Position numbers and translations under genes: made by a program. Shown here one piece after another: positions 60,901 to 64,000 of a stretch of 64,000 nucleotides of DNA; position 1 is the stretch's first letter; each line of letters starts with the position of its first letter. The stretch lies in contig NC_043019.1 in the NCBI RefSeq assembly GCF_006345805.1, positions 30,503,360 to 30,567,359 on the forward strand. Reading direction: 5' to 3'. The notes beneath the pieces are model-generated. The model had not been told where the DNA came from and did not search any database. It saw only the letters and a list, made by a program, of their open reading frames with translations. The DNA is from Octopus sinensis. Taxonomy: Eukaryota.

Positions 60901-63672
60901 AGGCTTATATTGACATACTTTGGGCACTAAATTTCAGATTGTGGAGAATCACTGCTATGCAAACCACTCTCTTGCTTTGCAGCATTTAACATTCATTTTA
61001 ATGATTCCTTATTCAACCAAGAAGACAGCAGTACAGTTTTGCAGTCATGAATCCAACTTGATATTTTCTCCTGTCTTGATGGAGTTTAAACAGAGCCTAC
61101 TTAACTGACTATTTTCCAATAACTACAGAATTGTCCTTCCAGTATGTAAACTTTGTTGTTCTGTTTCTAATTCAAGACCAACATAGAAATTATTTTGTGT
61201 GGTGATTAACCCTTTTGTTACCGTATTTCTCTTGAGATGCTCTGTGTTTCTTTCAATTAACTTTAAATATAACAAAGTATTTAGTAAAATAACTTAGTTA
61301 TCTTTAAGCTAGTGTTAGCAACTTAAATTGTAACTAAGGTTTGGTGGAAGATTTTAATTTCAAACATATGAAAACAAGACATTTGTACTTCAGAGCCAGG
61401 GGTGGTTTCAACCAGGTTGGTATCAAAAGAGTTAAATAGTTCCCTGGTAGAGCGTTAATGATTGCCAAGAATGTTTTCAAAAAATTTGGCTGCTATTTAT
61501 AGCAGTCAAGTGTCTGTAAAGAAATTTCATTATGAACTGATGTCCTCTTAAACCTACACAACATTGATATTACTTCATCTTTAACCTTTTTGTTACCATA
61601 TTTCTGTTGAGATGCTCTGTGTTTCTTTCAATTAATTTTAAATATAACAAAGAATTTAGTAAAATAACTTAATTATCATTAAGCTAGTGTTAGGAACTTA
61701 AATTGTAACTAAGGCTAGGTGGAAGATTTTAATTTAAAACTTATGAAAACAAGACCTTTGTACTACAGAGCCAGAGGCAGTTTCAGCCAGGTTGGTATCA
61801 AAAGGGTTAAAGTCTCCATAAAATTTTTCACAGAATGACTGTAGTAAGAAGCTTGCTTCCCAACCACATGGTTCCAGGTTCAGTCCCACTGTGTGGTATC
61901 TTTGGCAAGTGTCTTCCTCTATAACCTCAAGCAACCAAACCTTCGTGAGTGGATTTGGTGGATGGAAACTGAAAGAAACCTGTCAGATGTATGTATATAT
62001 GTGATAGTGTATATAAGGTTAATACGAAAATCTGGCAAGAAATTTGAAATAATAAACATAAACAATAATTTTTTCTTTCCTTTAAAGAAAAGGATACTTT
62101 AATTAAACAGTAAAAATATATAACAGATTGACAAAGACAAAACAAGCAATAATATAAAAGAGAAATGTCTCCATACATCAAACTGATATAGATTTGGTCT
62201 AAATGGCTATATACTAAATGATATAAGCTTTATTTTACACCAGTAGAAGATATACAAAATTAACATTGAAGGTTCACAGCTAACTAGCAGAACAACTATG
62301 CACGACTCATTAAGTTGTAATATATTTAATCTAAGATTCTTCACAAAACACCAAAATATCCAGACAAATCGCTTTTGACTTTCAAGTTTTTAGGTTTCTA
62401 TTGCTATTATCATTATTATTATTATTATTATCATTATTATTTGTTTATGTTTACAAATGGAAAATTCTTTGGTTTTCTTTCTTCACATGCATGCATACAT
62501 AGTTTTTTTTGTTGTTTTGCTTTGAGTTCTTCTTAAGAGTGTTCAAGCCTTGTATGTATATATGTATGTATGTGTGGAGGCGCATGGCTTAGTGGTTAGG
62601 GTGTCAGCATCATGATCGTAAGATTGTGGTTTTGATTCCTGGACCGGGTGACACATTGTGTTCTTGAGCAAAACACTTCATTTCACGTTGCTCCAGTTCA
62701 CTCAGCTGACAAAAATGAGTAACGCTGCGATGGACTAGCATCCCATCCAGTTGGGGAACACATATGCCATGGAAACTGGAAAACCAGGATCATGAGCTTG
62801 GCTAGGCTTTAAAAGGGCGCATTTATTTATTTTTTATTATGTATGTATGTATGTATGTATGTATGCGTGTGTATGTGTACATGCACACGCAAATGTACTT
62901 GTAAGTGTGTGAGTGCATATACATGTACGTGAGTATATATATGTATGTATGTGAATATGGGTGAAGCACTGGCATACAACTTCAGTTGAATCAATATATA
63001 AATCTATAAAGTCTACAAGTATCTAGTACTCGCTTTTCCCTAATTTTTACACCAACGTGTGTGTGTGTGTGTGTATAGATATATACACAAATGTGTGTGT
63101 GTGTATGTGTAAAAATGGTGTAGTTAAAGGGAAGCTGAGAAAAAAAAAAAAAAACAAGCCATGAAACACAATATGGATTTCTTAAAGAGCTGAAAATATA
63201 AACGTGTAAATGTGAAAATGTTTTGGCAATATTTCACCTCAAATATACACAGAAAAAAAAAAAAAAGGCTACATACAAGTCATTTTAGCTATCAACACTA
63301 AGGCCATATTGGATCAATGTCTTCAAAATATGAAATAATAAGGATATTTAATACATGTAAAACTGGTAAAGAGGTGATCACATGACCTCCTTCCAAAATA
63401 TCACTAACACATACACGAAGATACACACACACATATATTGATATACATACATGCACAATTTTCTATGTAAGAGTTTATCAAAAATATTTTTATTTGTGCA
63501 ATTTAGTTGCCATATGATTTTATTAGTAATCCAAGACTGACTACCAATGGTTGGAACTACTTGACTTCTGTCACTAATACTCTTAGGTATGAACATCACA
63601 ATATCACACCTCCTTAGGTATACGGTTTCTTGTCTATGCACGAAATCATCACCATCGTCATCATTATCATTT

Positions 63673-63707
<35 letters not shown>

Positions 63708-64000
63708 GTTATTATCGTTATTATTAAAGGCAGCAAGCTGGCGGAATAGTTACCACACCAAGCAAAATGTTCAGTGGCATTTCTTCCAGTTTTATGTTCT
63801 AAGTTTAAATTCTACCAAAATAAACAGAAATAATGGGCTATACACTTTTATTTATTATAGACTTACATCTGTTTCAGATCTGTGTTTGGGTGCATTCATG
63901 GTTCAATCTTAACAATCACTTGACTGATTGACTGAAAATATAGGGAACTACAAGCCTACATCTATCTTCTTCAGGGCTGTAAGCCTATAATAAATAACTG

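Overview
AT-rich, repeat-dense metazoan genomic DNA. The tRNA-derived SINE families and very high (TA)n/(CA)n/(CAT)n load suggest an octopus or other coleoid cephalopod (inference). One protein-coding gene can be reconstructed by hand on the + strand: a lemur-tail kinase (LMTK/AATK family) with 10 coding exons (22134-42285, 841 aa). All introns are GT-AG and phase-compatible. A probable alternative 11th coding exon at 52690-52851 would give 891 aa. The kinase keeps the G-loop, alphaC-Glu, HCDLALRN and DYG motifs, but has Gln at the invariant beta3 lysine (VVVQ), so it is a candidate pseudokinase. Nearly all ORFs in the supplied track are repeat artefacts. The rest of the window is SINEs, hAT, piggyBac and mariner MITEs, two non-autonomous Helitrons, CR1 and RTE LINE remnants, foldback palindromes and minisatellites. 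The most unexpected signal is a set of seven type I hammerhead-ribozyme folds. Three belong to one dispersed ~105-nt family whose stem II shows compensatory changes, and three lie in sense orientation relative to the kinase gene. An RTE LINE remnant also has a twin-priming-like 5' inversion whose junction was amplified as a 311-bp tandem triplication. All structures were read by eye; no alignment, folding or database search was run.
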